From assembly GCA_045645725.1 (NCBI GenBank), contig JAZRJG010000022.1:1-58167 (forward strand): a stretch of 58,167 nucleotides of DNA. Direction: 5' to 3'. The position numbers were made by a program, and so were the translations under genes. The notes below the pieces were generated by a model that was given only the letters and a program-made list of their open reading frames with translations, made no database searches and was not told where the DNA came from. This DNA comes from Candidatus Enterousia sp. (GTDB lineage Bacteria > Pseudomonadota > Alphaproteobacteria > Rs-D84). Shown piece by piece: positions 49,161 to 58,167 of the stretch; positions within the stretch are counted from its first letter, which is position 1; each line of letters starts with the position of its first letter.

Positions 49161-49250
49161 TGGCGGATGGTGAGGGATTCGAACCCCCGGATGGGTTGCC
49201 CCATCAACGGTTTTCAAGACCGCCGCATTCGACCGCTCTGCCAACCATCC
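49161..49250 (-). tRNA. tRNA-Ser(TGA)
   Basis: Reverse complement: GCGGT-CTTGAAA-ACCGT, long variable arm, CCA. Confidence 0.96.
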
Positions 49251-49285
49251 TGAACTGTTATTAAGTCAACGGCGATTATTGTACA

Positions 49286-50083
49286 TTATTTTTTGCGTAT
49301 TGCAAATATAAAAATACATAAACCCGCAAAAAACATTATTAATGACAGTAACATCCCCATAGTCAGCCAGTTGCCCGCCAAAAATCCAATCTGGGCGTCG
49401 GGCGCACGAAAGTTTTCACAAAAGATGCGAAATACCGCGTATCCCATACCCATTATGCCCGCCAATGCCCCCGGATGACGACGTAACCCCGTATAACGAT
49501 ACAGGCAACACATTATGGCAAATAACAATAAACCTTCGGTGGCGGCTTCGTACAAAGGACTGGGGTGACGGGGGATTTCTGTGTCACCGTTAAATATGAC
49601 CGCCCACGGGACATCTGTGGCACGCCCCATAACTTCACGATTGATAAAGTTCGCAATACGACCAAAGAATAATCCAATTGGCGCAACAACCGCCATGACA
49701 TCCAATAAAGACCATGAATTAATCTTATGACGGCGACCAAATATAAACACAGATGCAATCACACCGATTAGACCACCATGAAAGCTCATCCCGCCGTGCC
49801 ATAATGCAAATATTTCCAATGGGTGATGCATAAAATAACCCAAATTATAAAACAGGACGTACCCCAACCGGCCCCCCAAAATCACCCCCATGATGACCGC
49901 GGTTAATAAATCGTCCAATTGACGTTTGGATAATCGCACAACACATTCACCACGACGCGTCATCCACGAAAACATCCAATAACCAAATACAAATGCCCCA
50001 ATATATGCCAATGCATACCAACGCACATCCAATCCAAAGATTGAAAATGCGACCGGCGAAATTGGGTTTATTGTTATCGCCAT
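49286..50083 (-). CDS. lgt: Prolipoprotein diacylglyceryl transferase
   Basis: RWYALAY, GGRLGYVLFY, GGMSFHGG, GRIANFIN.E, RHPS.LYE. Confidence 0.96.
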   Translation of the reverse strand: MAITINPISPVAFSIFGLDVRWYALAYIGAFVFGYWMFSWMTRRGECVVRLSKRQLDDLLTAVIMGVILGGRLGYVLFYNLGYFMHHPLEIFALWHGGMSFHGGLIGVIASVFIFGRRHKINSWSLLDVMAVVAPIGLFFGRIANFINREVMGRATDVPWAVIFNGDTEIPRHPSPLYEAATEGLLLFAIMCCLYRYTGLRRHPGALAGIMGMGYAVFRIFCENFRAPDAQIGFLAGNWLTMGMLLSLIMFFAGLCIFIFAIRKK

Positions 50084-50119
50084 ATCCCCCACCCCCTGTG
50101 ACAAGTTTTGGAACAAAAA

Positions 50120-50383
50120 TTAACGGACTTTGATGCCTTGGCGTTCCAAAATGCCGGCAATTTCTTTCATTACATGTTCACAGCGCGCAACATACGCTTT
50201 GTCACAGAATTTGCTATTGCGTTCTTTGTCGGCTTTGGCAGCGGTTTCTTTATATTTTTCAACCAATCCATTTAAGGATTTTTCATGCTGTTCACGACCG
50301 GACAATATTTCATCGCCACAAATAATATCACGGACCGCTTGGGCGTGATATGCACTTACAATTTGACATGGATCTTTTGACAT
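50120..50383 (-). CDS. Small hypothetical protein
   Basis: 87-aa ORF with AAGGA SD. Confidence 0.55.
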   Translation of the reverse strand: MSKDPCQIVSAYHAQAVRDIICGDEILSGREQHEKSLNGLVEKYKETAAKADKERNSKFCDKAYVARCEHVMKEIAGILERQGIKVR

Positions 50384-50403
50384 AATTATTTCCTTTGGTT
50401 TAT

Positions 50404-50649
50404 TTACATATGATTTGTTCTTTGTTCCAACAACGCAATTGATCGTGTCAGATTTGCCACGTTTTTCAAGGCCTTGCTATGCTTCTTTTCGTCCATCAAT
50501 ATGTGCTGTTGCTTTAGTTGCATTTCGGCATCAGCCAACAATTTTTTCAAATCGGCCAATTTTTTATTCACGGGTTCGGAACCTGTAATTTCCTCTTTTG
50601 GGTGCTCTTTTGCGCGCCGTGCAACATCTTTTTGATATTTTGTTGCCAT
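50404..50649 (-). CDS. Small coiled-coil hypothetical protein
   Basis: 81-aa ORF with AAGGA SD. Confidence 0.55.
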   Translation of the reverse strand: MATKYQKDVARRAKEHPKEEITGSEPVNKKLADLKKLLADAEMQLKQQHILMDEKKHSKALKNVANLTRSIALLEQRTNHM

Positions 50650-50724
50650 TCAGAATCCTTTTTTTTAATCTTGAAAACGTTTACCCATTGTATTATATTT
50701 TTTGTAAATAACAAGGAGAAAATT

Positions 50725-51450
50725 ATGACACAAAAAAAATCTGTACAAATTCGGTCGGGACGCGGTGGCGGGATTGACCTGTACTTAAAGCGAATATTCG
50801 CATTAATGTTTGGCGCGGTTGGGGTTACGGCGTTGGCCACATATTTGACCATTTGGGGTGGCGGTTGGACATACCTGTTTAATCCAATGACCGGTGGAAT
50901 GACACCATTGTACTATATTTTATTGTTTGGTGGTTTGGGATTGTCACTGTGGGCCCAAGTTCGCGTTTTCAACATGCAACCAACAACCGCGGCACTGTTG
51001 TTGGCACTGTACGCGGTGACGATTGGCGTAACAATGACACCATTGATTATGGCGGTATTGTCGGTTAACCCATTATCTATATTAAGTGCATTTATTGTGG
51101 CCGCATTGATGTTTGCATGTATGGCCGTGTTTGGTTATAAAACCGTCAAAGATTTATCCGGTATTGGCATCTTTTTGATGATGGGCATGATTGGTTTGAT
51201 TTTGGTCGGTATTATCGCAATGTTTTGGCCGGAAATGATGGGCGGAACATTTGGCACAATCGTTTGCTTTATCGGCGTGTTGATATTCGCATTATTTACC
51301 GCGTATGATATGCAAAACCTGAAACGCGCGTACGCCGTGATTGGAGACGACAGACAAAAGAACCAATTGGCCGTATTGGGTGCATTGCATTTATATATAT
51401 CTTTTGTTGCAATGTTCCAATATTTGTTAAGTTTGATGAACCGTGATTAA
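50725..51450 (+). CDS. Bax inhibitor-1/YccA family membrane protein
   Basis: About 7 TM; GYKT.KDLS, TAYDMQ.LK, GALHLY..FV.MF. Confidence 0.92.
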   Translation: MTQKKSVQIRSGRGGGIDLYLKRIFALMFGAVGVTALATYLTIWGGGWTYLFNPMTGGMTPLYYILLFGGLGLSLWAQVRVFNMQPTTAALLLALYAVTIGVTMTPLIMAVLSVNPLSILSAFIVAALMFACMAVFGYKTVKDLSGIGIFLMMGMIGLILVGIIAMFWPEMMGGTFGTIVCFIGVLIFALFTAYDMQNLKRAYAVIGDDRQKNQLAVLGALHLYISFVAMFQYLLSLMNRD

Positions 51451-51482
51451 TAGAAACAATAAAAAAACAAGGAGATAAAAAA

Positions 51483-51662
51483 ATGGCATATAAAATTGAT
51501 CCAACCAAATGTATCGGATGTCACACATGTATGGGCGCATGTCCGGTTTGCGCAATCAGTGTTGGTGCCGACGGCAAATGCGTAATTGACCCATCGAAAT
51601 GCATTTCATGCGGCACATGCGCGGCAATTTGCCCCGTTGGTGCAATCGCCCCAGAAATGTAA
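51483..51662 (+). CDS. 2x[4Fe-4S] ferredoxin (not in ORF track)
   Basis: CIGCHTCMGACP and CISCGTCAAICP; AAGGAG SD. Confidence 0.95.
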   Translation: MAYKIDPTKCIGCHTCMGACPVCAISVGADGKCVIDPSKCISCGTCAAICPVGAIAPEM

Positions 51663-51705
51663 GACAGGTGACCATATAATAAAAAAACCGCAAATGCGGT
51701 TTTTT

Positions 51706-53595
51706 TTATTTTGTTTCATCCGTTGTCACCGGTGTCATAACGGGGATTACCACTTCTTCGTTATAAAACGACAGGAAACGATCGCCCGTTGTGCAATAGA
51801 ATTTTCCCAGAGAATCTTTATATGCACGACGTTCGGCATTTAATCGGTCTTCGATTTCGGTTTGTGCACCTTGGTATGCAGAAAATGCCCCCAAAGCACC
51901 ACCGGCGGCCGCACCAACAACGGTGTCTTTTAATCGTGCGCGATTGGATAAATCAATCACAGCCCCAGTTTCCGAATCCATATACAATGGGGTAAAGGCA
52001 TTAAAGTTGCTGGGGGAAGTAACCACACAATCTTCGCATACTTTCAATGTGGCGCCGTTGCGGATATAAACCTTCAATGCCCTAGCATCCCATTTGGACT
52101 GTAAGATGCCTTCAATTTGGTTACTGTATCTTTTTTGTGAATATCCAAATGCACCACCACGATCCGCCCGTTTTCCATCTGAGGTCACAGTATCCAAAAT
52201 GTCGCCAATATTATAGATAACAACATTTTCACGTTTTGTGATTGGGCGGGCGCCTGTAACCTCTACCCATTTGTTTTTGGGATCCTGAGAACCAGCATCA
52301 CCCTTTTTCAAACAGTTGGTCTTGGAGACGGTCAAGGTACCTTCATTTATTGTGCAAGTTTCCGCGAAACTATATATCTCTGAACTGCCATTCAATTGTT
52401 GGAAATTATCTGCGACAACTTCTTCCCATATCCAGTTTTTATCGGTACGCGGATTTTTTTGATTGTAACAACCATTACCACAGACGGGGAGTGCATTATG
52501 ATAATTCAGATTGAACATACGTTCACAAGCGTGGTATGTGACCCCATCATCGGGTGTGTCACTGCATTTATATACCGCGCCACTAGAATCGCCAAATTGA
52601 TAAAATATTTTGGCACCGGCCAAATCTTCAAACTCATCCAATGTGCCGTACAGGCACTTTTTGGTTTCGCCCGATTTTTTGTCTGTGGTACTATTGTCGG
52701 TGGCAGCAGTAGTTGTGGACGCGGTCGCGTCTATCGGGGCTGTACAATCGGCAATATATAGCACAGAATCGCCCGTTGACATCATATTTCCGGTAATTGC
52801 GCCCGCCATAGTATTCATACCCACAGACATAGCAATATCACCACCCACTTTGCCACCATAGGCGCCGGCCGCACCGATACCCGCACCGCCCAAACCACCA
52901 ATTGCAGTTCCAATCCAATTGCGTTTACTGGTGCCGAAAATGCCGTCTTGGCCATCTTTATTTTGTCCCATGGCATTTCCACCCAAGGCACCGACCAAAG
53001 CAGAACTGACTATCTTGACAACCGCGTTTCCTTTCTGCTCTTCATCCATCTGACGTACAACTTCTGCACGGGTTGGTGGATTGTCCGCCGGAAATGTTAC
53101 AGTACCCGCCGCGTCCAGCAAGGAAAATTCGGGAAATTCAGATATATTACATAAAACTGCATCGCCCGCCGCAACATTTGCACGCGCCAAAACAATTTCC
53201 GCACCGTCCAATGTGTTTTCGCGTGTACGCATTTCAACCACAGCCGTACAGGTCGCGGGGGAACCGGCACTGGGGCCGAAAGTGGGGGAAACCCATTCAA
53301 ATTTGCCACTGGGGTAAATCATTGAACAGCGTTCCAATTCAGACATCGTGACCGGCGCATTTTCCGAACCGGACTTTACCAATTCGGCAACCTCATTACT
53401 TTCAACCGGAATCGGTAAATCTTTGGTCACGGCAACCGTGCCGTTTGGGGTCAGCCCACGAATTTCATTTAACTGTTGATACGCGGCCGCATTGTTGCGC
53501 GAAGGATTGCCAACACGAATGGCCGCATCCGCAGAATGCGGCACAGATACCAACGCACCCAACAATGAATAAAATAAAATATTTGCGCGCTTCAT
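51706..53595 (-). CDS. Large secreted glycine-zipper protein
   Basis: Signal peptide; LVGALGGNAMG, GTAIGGLGGAGIGAAG, VVGAAAGGALGAF...FYCTTG. Confidence 0.8.
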   Translation of the reverse strand: MKRANILFYSLLGALVSVPHSADAAIRVGNPSRNNAAAYQQLNEIRGLTPNGTVAVTKDLPIPVESNEVAELVKSGSENAPVTMSELERCSMIYPSGKFEWVSPTFGPSAGSPATCTAVVEMRTRENTLDGAEIVLARANVAAGDAVLCNISEFPEFSLLDAAGTVTFPADNPPTRAEVVRQMDEEQKGNAVVKIVSSALVGALGGNAMGQNKDGQDGIFGTSKRNWIGTAIGGLGGAGIGAAGAYGGKVGGDIAMSVGMNTMAGAITGNMMSTGDSVLYIADCTAPIDATASTTTAATDNSTTDKKSGETKKCLYGTLDEFEDLAGAKIFYQFGDSSGAVYKCSDTPDDGVTYHACERMFNLNYHNALPVCGNGCYNQKNPRTDKNWIWEEVVADNFQQLNGSSEIYSFAETCTINEGTLTVSKTNCLKKGDAGSQDPKNKWVEVTGARPITKRENVVIYNIGDILDTVTSDGKRADRGGAFGYSQKRYSNQIEGILQSKWDARALKVYIRNGATLKVCEDCVVTSPSNFNAFTPLYMDSETGAVIDLSNRARLKDTVVGAAAGGALGAFSAYQGAQTEIEDRLNAERRAYKDSLGKFYCTTGDRFLSFYNEEVVIPVMTPVTTDETK

Positions 53596-53622
53596 TTAAT
53601 CCCCCCGATAAAACAGACGATA

Positions 53623-54705
53623 TCAAAACTGCAGACGCAGGCGAATACCCAAATCAACCAAGCCCAAACGTCCGGATTCATACCAATTGGTATAGTGGAA
53701 AACACTGTCATATGGCGCTTCGTATTCGCCACCGGCACCGTCACCCAACCATTCAATTTGGGATAACACAATGCTGCCCGACGTTTTTACTTCACCCAAG
53801 TTGGCATAGCGAACAAAGAAGTCCAATTTTACACCGCCTTCTAACTCGGTCGAGACACCACCTTCTAACATAAATGCCAATTGTTCGGATGTACCACCAT
53901 TATGATACGCATAAATGTCCGATATACCCGTCAATTGACCCGCATTTGCATAGGCCGGATCCATTACCGAATAAAACGTTTCATCAAATACAACGTAATC
54001 AGATATTGTGTTCAAAGAAATACCCAAACCGGCACCAACATATGGACGTAACGAACCGCCCGCCAAATAGCCAGTAAAACTGTCGATATTATAATACACA
54101 TTTAACATAGTGGTGTTCGCAGTAATCGCACCACCATCAACCTGGGCCGGAACATATCCACCAACACCGTCAGACGTCTGAACAGTCGAAGGATACCCCA
54201 AACCAGAATAACGCAAATACGAAAAATCAACACGAACATCATTATTAATTGCCGCGCCAACAGACAACTGTAATGGCAACACGGTGTCGGATTCAAAGTC
54301 CGCACGTTGAAACGCACCAGGAACCGTATAGGCATCTTCTTCGCCAGTATAATCGGACGACAAACCACCGGTAACAGATGCCGCATACGCAACAGACAAA
54401 CCAACGTACAGACCACTGTCCGCCAAACGATCGTAATCGGCCGGCTGATAATATTGGCGGCCCGCGGTCGTTTGCGACGAACCGACACGTGGTAACGCAC
54501 CCGTTATACGTGTGGGCTGCGCCATCACAGCAGAATTATATCTGGGTTGATACATGCCGTTGGAAACCATTGTATTTTGATACATTGCGGGCACGGCCAT
54601 ATTCACAGAATTATAGCCCGAATACATCGGCTGCGCCGCATTCGATACACCAATACCCCCCAGCAACACCCCTGCAAAAACAGCAGAAAACTTAGAACTA
54701 TTCAT
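53623..54705 (-). CDS. Outer-membrane beta-barrel protein with N-terminal extension
   Basis: Signal peptide; PYVGAGLG, YANLG, terminal LGIRLRLQF. Confidence 0.82.
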   Translation of the reverse strand: MNSSKFSAVFAGVLLGGIGVSNAAQPMYSGYNSVNMAVPAMYQNTMVSNGMYQPRYNSAVMAQPTRITGALPRVGSSQTTAGRQYYQPADYDRLADSGLYVGLSVAYAASVTGGLSSDYTGEEDAYTVPGAFQRADFESDTVLPLQLSVGAAINNDVRVDFSYLRYSGLGYPSTVQTSDGVGGYVPAQVDGGAITANTTMLNVYYNIDSFTGYLAGGSLRPYVGAGLGISLNTISDYVVFDETFYSVMDPAYANAGQLTGISDIYAYHNGGTSEQLAFMLEGGVSTELEGGVKLDFFVRYANLGEVKTSGSIVLSQIEWLGDGAGGEYEAPYDSVFHYTNWYESGRLGLVDLGIRLRLQF

Positions 54706-54823
54706 CCTTTACCCTATTTTCCTTTGCTTTATTATATCATTTTGCAGGCGACCGTGCAAGTGTTTGCATTTGCAAAAAAAACAATAACACATATAAATAT
54801 CATATGTTATAATTACCACCAAT

Positions 54824-55840
54824 ATGTCAATCAAATACACGATTATGCTGTTTGTTGCCTGCGCCATTTGGGGCGACGCGTTCGTACGCGACGCGTCGGC
54901 TAAACTGGTACCGACCGGATTTCAAAAAACTATGGCGGATATGCCAATGTCAGATAGACAAAAAATCGCCCAAATCGGATACGAACCGTATTTGGACAGC
55001 AAGGCGTTCTATGAAATCCGGTTAAAAGAGGCAAAGGAACTGTATCAACAAGCATCTGCACAAATGCGATACGACAGGCAGCATATGCCCCGGGACGAAT
55101 ACTGCCAAAGATACCCCGGCGCGACCGGATGCCCCACCCCACCCGAAACACCACCCGCCACACCGTCACCCGTGGACGGCGAATTGGTCGGCCAAGACGA
55201 ATTTGGGCGCAACGTTTACGCCAACAAAACCATAACCGACGGCCCATGCACCATGCCCAGAGCAGATAACAATTTTACAAACGATTTGATAAACAGCGGC
55301 AGATGGGCGGAATCCGACCCAGCATTTGAAAAGGCCACATCCGGAACACTGCGCGTCGAAGGCGAATTGGTCGAATTTCCGGAAGAACTTGGCGGCGTCA
55401 CAAAATACGGCATATCTGAAGTACACAATCCAAGAGTCGACGTAAAAAACTTAACGCCCGACGGCGCACAAGATATAATGCGCGAAAAATATTACTTGCA
55501 ACAGAATATAAACAAATTACCCGACTATGTACGCGGAACGTTTTTTGACATGCATTTCATGAAGCCCAGATATGCATTTATCTCTCTGTGCAACAGATTG
55601 GGCGTAAGATATCAAGCAACCATAACCGACGATATCGCACAAAAAGCAAAAGAATACAGTGGCGATTTGAATAACGACCTGTTGGACGATTATCAGGAAT
55701 TTTTTAACGCGGCCGCAAAAGACGAACCCGACGGTTACGATCTGTTACAGGGATGGACAAACCGCGTTAATTTAATGCGAACAAACGGATGCCATTATCC
55801 AACCGAGCCAGACGAAGCACTGCGCAGGCCAAACAGTTAA
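54824..55840 (+). CDS. Secreted GH108-like lysozyme
   Basis: Signal peptide; EG...E.GG.TKYGIS, L+...A..I....Y, FD, GWTNRV. Confidence 0.75.
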   Translation: MSIKYTIMLFVACAIWGDAFVRDASAKLVPTGFQKTMADMPMSDRQKIAQIGYEPYLDSKAFYEIRLKEAKELYQQASAQMRYDRQHMPRDEYCQRYPGATGCPTPPETPPATPSPVDGELVGQDEFGRNVYANKTITDGPCTMPRADNNFTNDLINSGRWAESDPAFEKATSGTLRVEGELVEFPEELGGVTKYGISEVHNPRVDVKNLTPDGAQDIMREKYYLQQNINKLPDYVRGTFFDMHFMKPRYAFISLCNRLGVRYQATITDDIAQKAKEYSGDLNNDLLDDYQEFFNAAAKDEPDGYDLLQGWTNRVNLMRTNGCHYPTEPDEALRRPNS

Positions 55841-55906
55841 TCTAATTGACAATCTGCCAGTTTGTACTATAATAGTATGTGTAAATATTTATATTAAGGA
55901 CAAATT

Positions 55907-56956
55907 ATGGCGAAATTTTGTATTTTTTGTGGCAATACACCAGATAAAAAAAACAAGGAACACGTTATTCCACAATGGTTAAGTAAATATACAGGCAAAT
56001 TTCACAGCGTGTGCGAATTAGGAAACGTAACCGACCGCAACATTACGTTCAGCGCCCTGACCTTTCCGGCATGCACCGCATGTAACGAAAAATTTGCCTC
56101 GTTAGAAGCACAAGCAAAAGACATACTGTTCAAAATCCGAGACAACAAAGGATTAACCGCAATGGAAATCAATGTGTTTCTGGATTGGATGGACAAAATC
56201 CGTGTTGGACTGTGGTTGGGACAGTTAACTTTGGCAAATGAAGTTGACGAAATCGATCCTAAATTCCATATCGCAGACCGCGTCGGACGCAAGGACAGAT
56301 TTTTAATGGTCGAAAGAATCAATACAACCGGACGTGGAATTGGATTGGCCGGAATTAGCAGCAAACTGTTTTCCGAAGCACCAAGTGTATTTCAAATAGC
56401 AATTGATGATTTACTGTTTACAAATGCATCGGAATACGGGTTGGTATCAAATCGATTGGGCTTCCCCCAGTTCCAAAAAATGGAGTACGTCGACCGTGAC
56501 CATCATTTATTGACCATTACCAAGGGACGCGAAAAAACAACACATCCGGTCGTCTGGAATTACCAAGCGTCACCACAAAGAACACTGATATACCAACCAA
56601 TGTACAAGGATATCGACAAAGTTGACGGCGAAAATTTGTTCAAAACAAAATATGTGATGGAACACTCGATTGATACAGAAAATGGAATTGGCGGAATATT
56701 CTATCAGCGCAAAGATAATACGGTACGATATCTGGGGCCGGATGAAAAAATTAACATCGCACCAAAAGAATTAATCGACGCCAATTTAATCGCCGCATCT
56801 TTACCGGTGTATGAATTGCAAAACTATGTAATTCGCAGCGCATACAAATTGGACACGATGGAAAAAAAGCAACGCGAATATATAGAATATATGATGATGG
56901 CCAACGAATTAAGCGTCGCACGCACGGCAATCGCACACGGAATAAAAAGACGATAA
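55907..56956 (+). CDS. HNH-like Zn-finger nuclease-domain protein
   Basis: CIFCG...KEHVIPQWL...ACTACN..F..LE. Confidence 0.7.
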   Translation: MAKFCIFCGNTPDKKNKEHVIPQWLSKYTGKFHSVCELGNVTDRNITFSALTFPACTACNEKFASLEAQAKDILFKIRDNKGLTAMEINVFLDWMDKIRVGLWLGQLTLANEVDEIDPKFHIADRVGRKDRFLMVERINTTGRGIGLAGISSKLFSEAPSVFQIAIDDLLFTNASEYGLVSNRLGFPQFQKMEYVDRDHHLLTITKGREKTTHPVVWNYQASPQRTLIYQPMYKDIDKVDGENLFKTKYVMEHSIDTENGIGGIFYQRKDNTVRYLGPDEKINIAPKELIDANLIAASLPVYELQNYVIRSAYKLDTMEKKQREYIEYMMMANELSVARTAIAHGIKRR

Positions 56957-57134
56957 GCAACGTCAGTCAAAACAGCAAACAACACACCGCCCGATTGGGC
57001 GGATTTTTTATTTATGCACAACATTCTGCATAGCCAAACAATAGCAGGTTTTGAAAAAGAAACAAAATTCTTTTTATTGTTGACAAAAATGCAATTATGG
57101 GCTATCTTTTCTTGAATAAAATTAGGTCGTAATT

Positions 57135-57419
57135 ATGTATAGAGAGCAGAAACAGATAAAAAAATTAGAAAGCACGGCTGAGGCATCACGAACCATTGGG
57201 GCAATGGGGGTGGTTGCAGGGGCTATTACATTAGCAATAGCATTGCGTAATGTGTGTTCCAAGGATTTTGATATTGCGTCAATTTGTGCCGTGGCGGGTG
57301 CATTCAGTACGGTTGTTGGGGCAATAAATTTAAGTAATGCACGCAAGACATTTGCACACGCCCAAGAATTACGCAGGAAACTATGTGATGCCTGTTGGTA
57401 TGATCCCGATGGTTATTGA
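57135..57419 (+). CDS. Small two-TM protein
   Basis: Two hydrophobic helices, 94 aa. Confidence 0.55.
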   Translation: MYREQKQIKKLESTAEASRTIGAMGVVAGAITLAIALRNVCSKDFDIASICAVAGAFSTVVGAINLSNARKTFAHAQELRRKLCDACWYDPDGY

Positions 57420-57542
57420 TGGCTTTGGTGTGTGCGTATGACCATTCAGCAGTATGGTGATGCGATTGTGCTTTTGGTGACAGTTAGCAAAGCATTGGTC
57501 TGGCAAGATTGATGATGTTAAAATTGAGATAAGAGGTAAATT

Positions 57543-57794
57543 ATGAAAGATAATGATATTTTTACAGAAGACAAAAAGAAGCTAAACAAGAATATGTTAG
57601 TATATGGTGCATTTAATGGCGTGTGTGTTGTTGGCGCGTTGCGTCAATGCGCACATATGGTAAAAGACGGATATGATAATGGCTTTATGTTTATGTTGTT
57701 AATGTATTTGGCTTGTGTTGGGGTGTCCGCACGTAAAATATATAAAATGCATCAGTATAAAAAGGAACTGACAGATAACCAAAACCAGCGATAG
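57543..57794 (+). CDS. Small two-TM protein
   Basis: GAGG SD, two hydrophobic segments, 83 aa. Confidence 0.6.
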   Translation: MKDNDIFTEDKKKLNKNMLVYGAFNGVCVVGALRQCAHMVKDGYDNGFMFMLLMYLACVGVSARKIYKMHQYKKELTDNQNQR

Positions 57795-57860
57795 TGGTTA
57801 ATTACGTGGGAAAATCATAGGTTTGATGATTTTACAGACATTCTATTTCTTGCATATTCG

Positions 57861-58167
57861 TTATTTACAGAACAGTTGTTTTAGCCAAGAAATCAAATTA
57901 ACCCCTTGTTTTTCTTGTTTTATATATTTGGCTGGGATAATGCCCTTTTTTAATACAATCATATAATGTTGTACGGCACCATATAACAACTGGTTTTTTA
58001 TATCAACTTTTTCCCATGTTAATGGCGATGTGTCGATTTCGTTTGGTTTAACTTGATAAAAATAGTTATCACATCCCTTGTGTATATGCAGTTTTCGTCC
58101 TTTCTTTGCCAAGTCATCCCGACACCATATTGATTCTACCAAGCCGTCTTTGACCAAATCATCCAGT
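57861..58167 (-). CDS. 3' end of a hypothetical gene running off the window
   Basis: Frame remains open to the window edge. Confidence 0.5.
   Translation of the reverse strand, partial: LDDLVKDGLVESIWCRDDLAKKGRKLHIHKGCDNYFYQVKPNEIDTSPLTWEKVDIKNQLLYGAVQHYMIVLKKGIIPAKYIKQEKQGVNLISWLKQLFCK

Noticed and set aside
2120-57346. Numerous antisense or alternate-frame ORFs inside recognised genes
   Set aside because: Shadow ORFs without SD or motifs, overlapping well-supported CDSs

Overview
Gene-dense, AT-rich bacterial chromosome segment that looks alphaproteobacterial (LpxI, LptE-HolA pair, alpha-type DnaB and RNase E; a small-genome gut lineage such as Rs-D84/Enterousia is a guess). Most of the window is housekeeping: rph, rne, msbA, rpsU, dnaB, birA, priA, miaA, gap, rpmG/rplU/rpmA, lpxI, zapA, radC, map, holA, lptE, class III RNR, acyl-CoA ligase, lgt, a ferredoxin and four tRNAs. 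The standout is a ~13 kb minus-strand podovirus-type (T7/BPP-1-like) morphogenesis and lysis module at 8948-21898. It encodes a cell-wall hydrolase, holin, scaffold, major capsid, tail tubular A/B, tail-fibre adaptor, terminase, portal and a Bbp19-like protein, with intact, translationally coupled ORFs but no integrase or phage replication genes. It is interleaved with host genes. The large terminase is cleanly split into an ATPase gene and a nuclease gene, with the host dnaB, a double-HTH XRE regulator and a hypothetical gene lying antisense between them, and a histone-H1-like gene sits between scaffold and capsid. This suggests a domesticated, GTA-like particle system (inference). Other notable items: an unrecognised four-way-junction RNA preceding two paralogous ~44-aa membrane peptides, a CU-loop sRNA candidate, a family of secreted glycine-zipper proteins, nested palindromic repeats, a split NrdD and a tRNA-Asp with a mispaired anticodon stem. 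All protein assignments are from motif recognition, not database searches.
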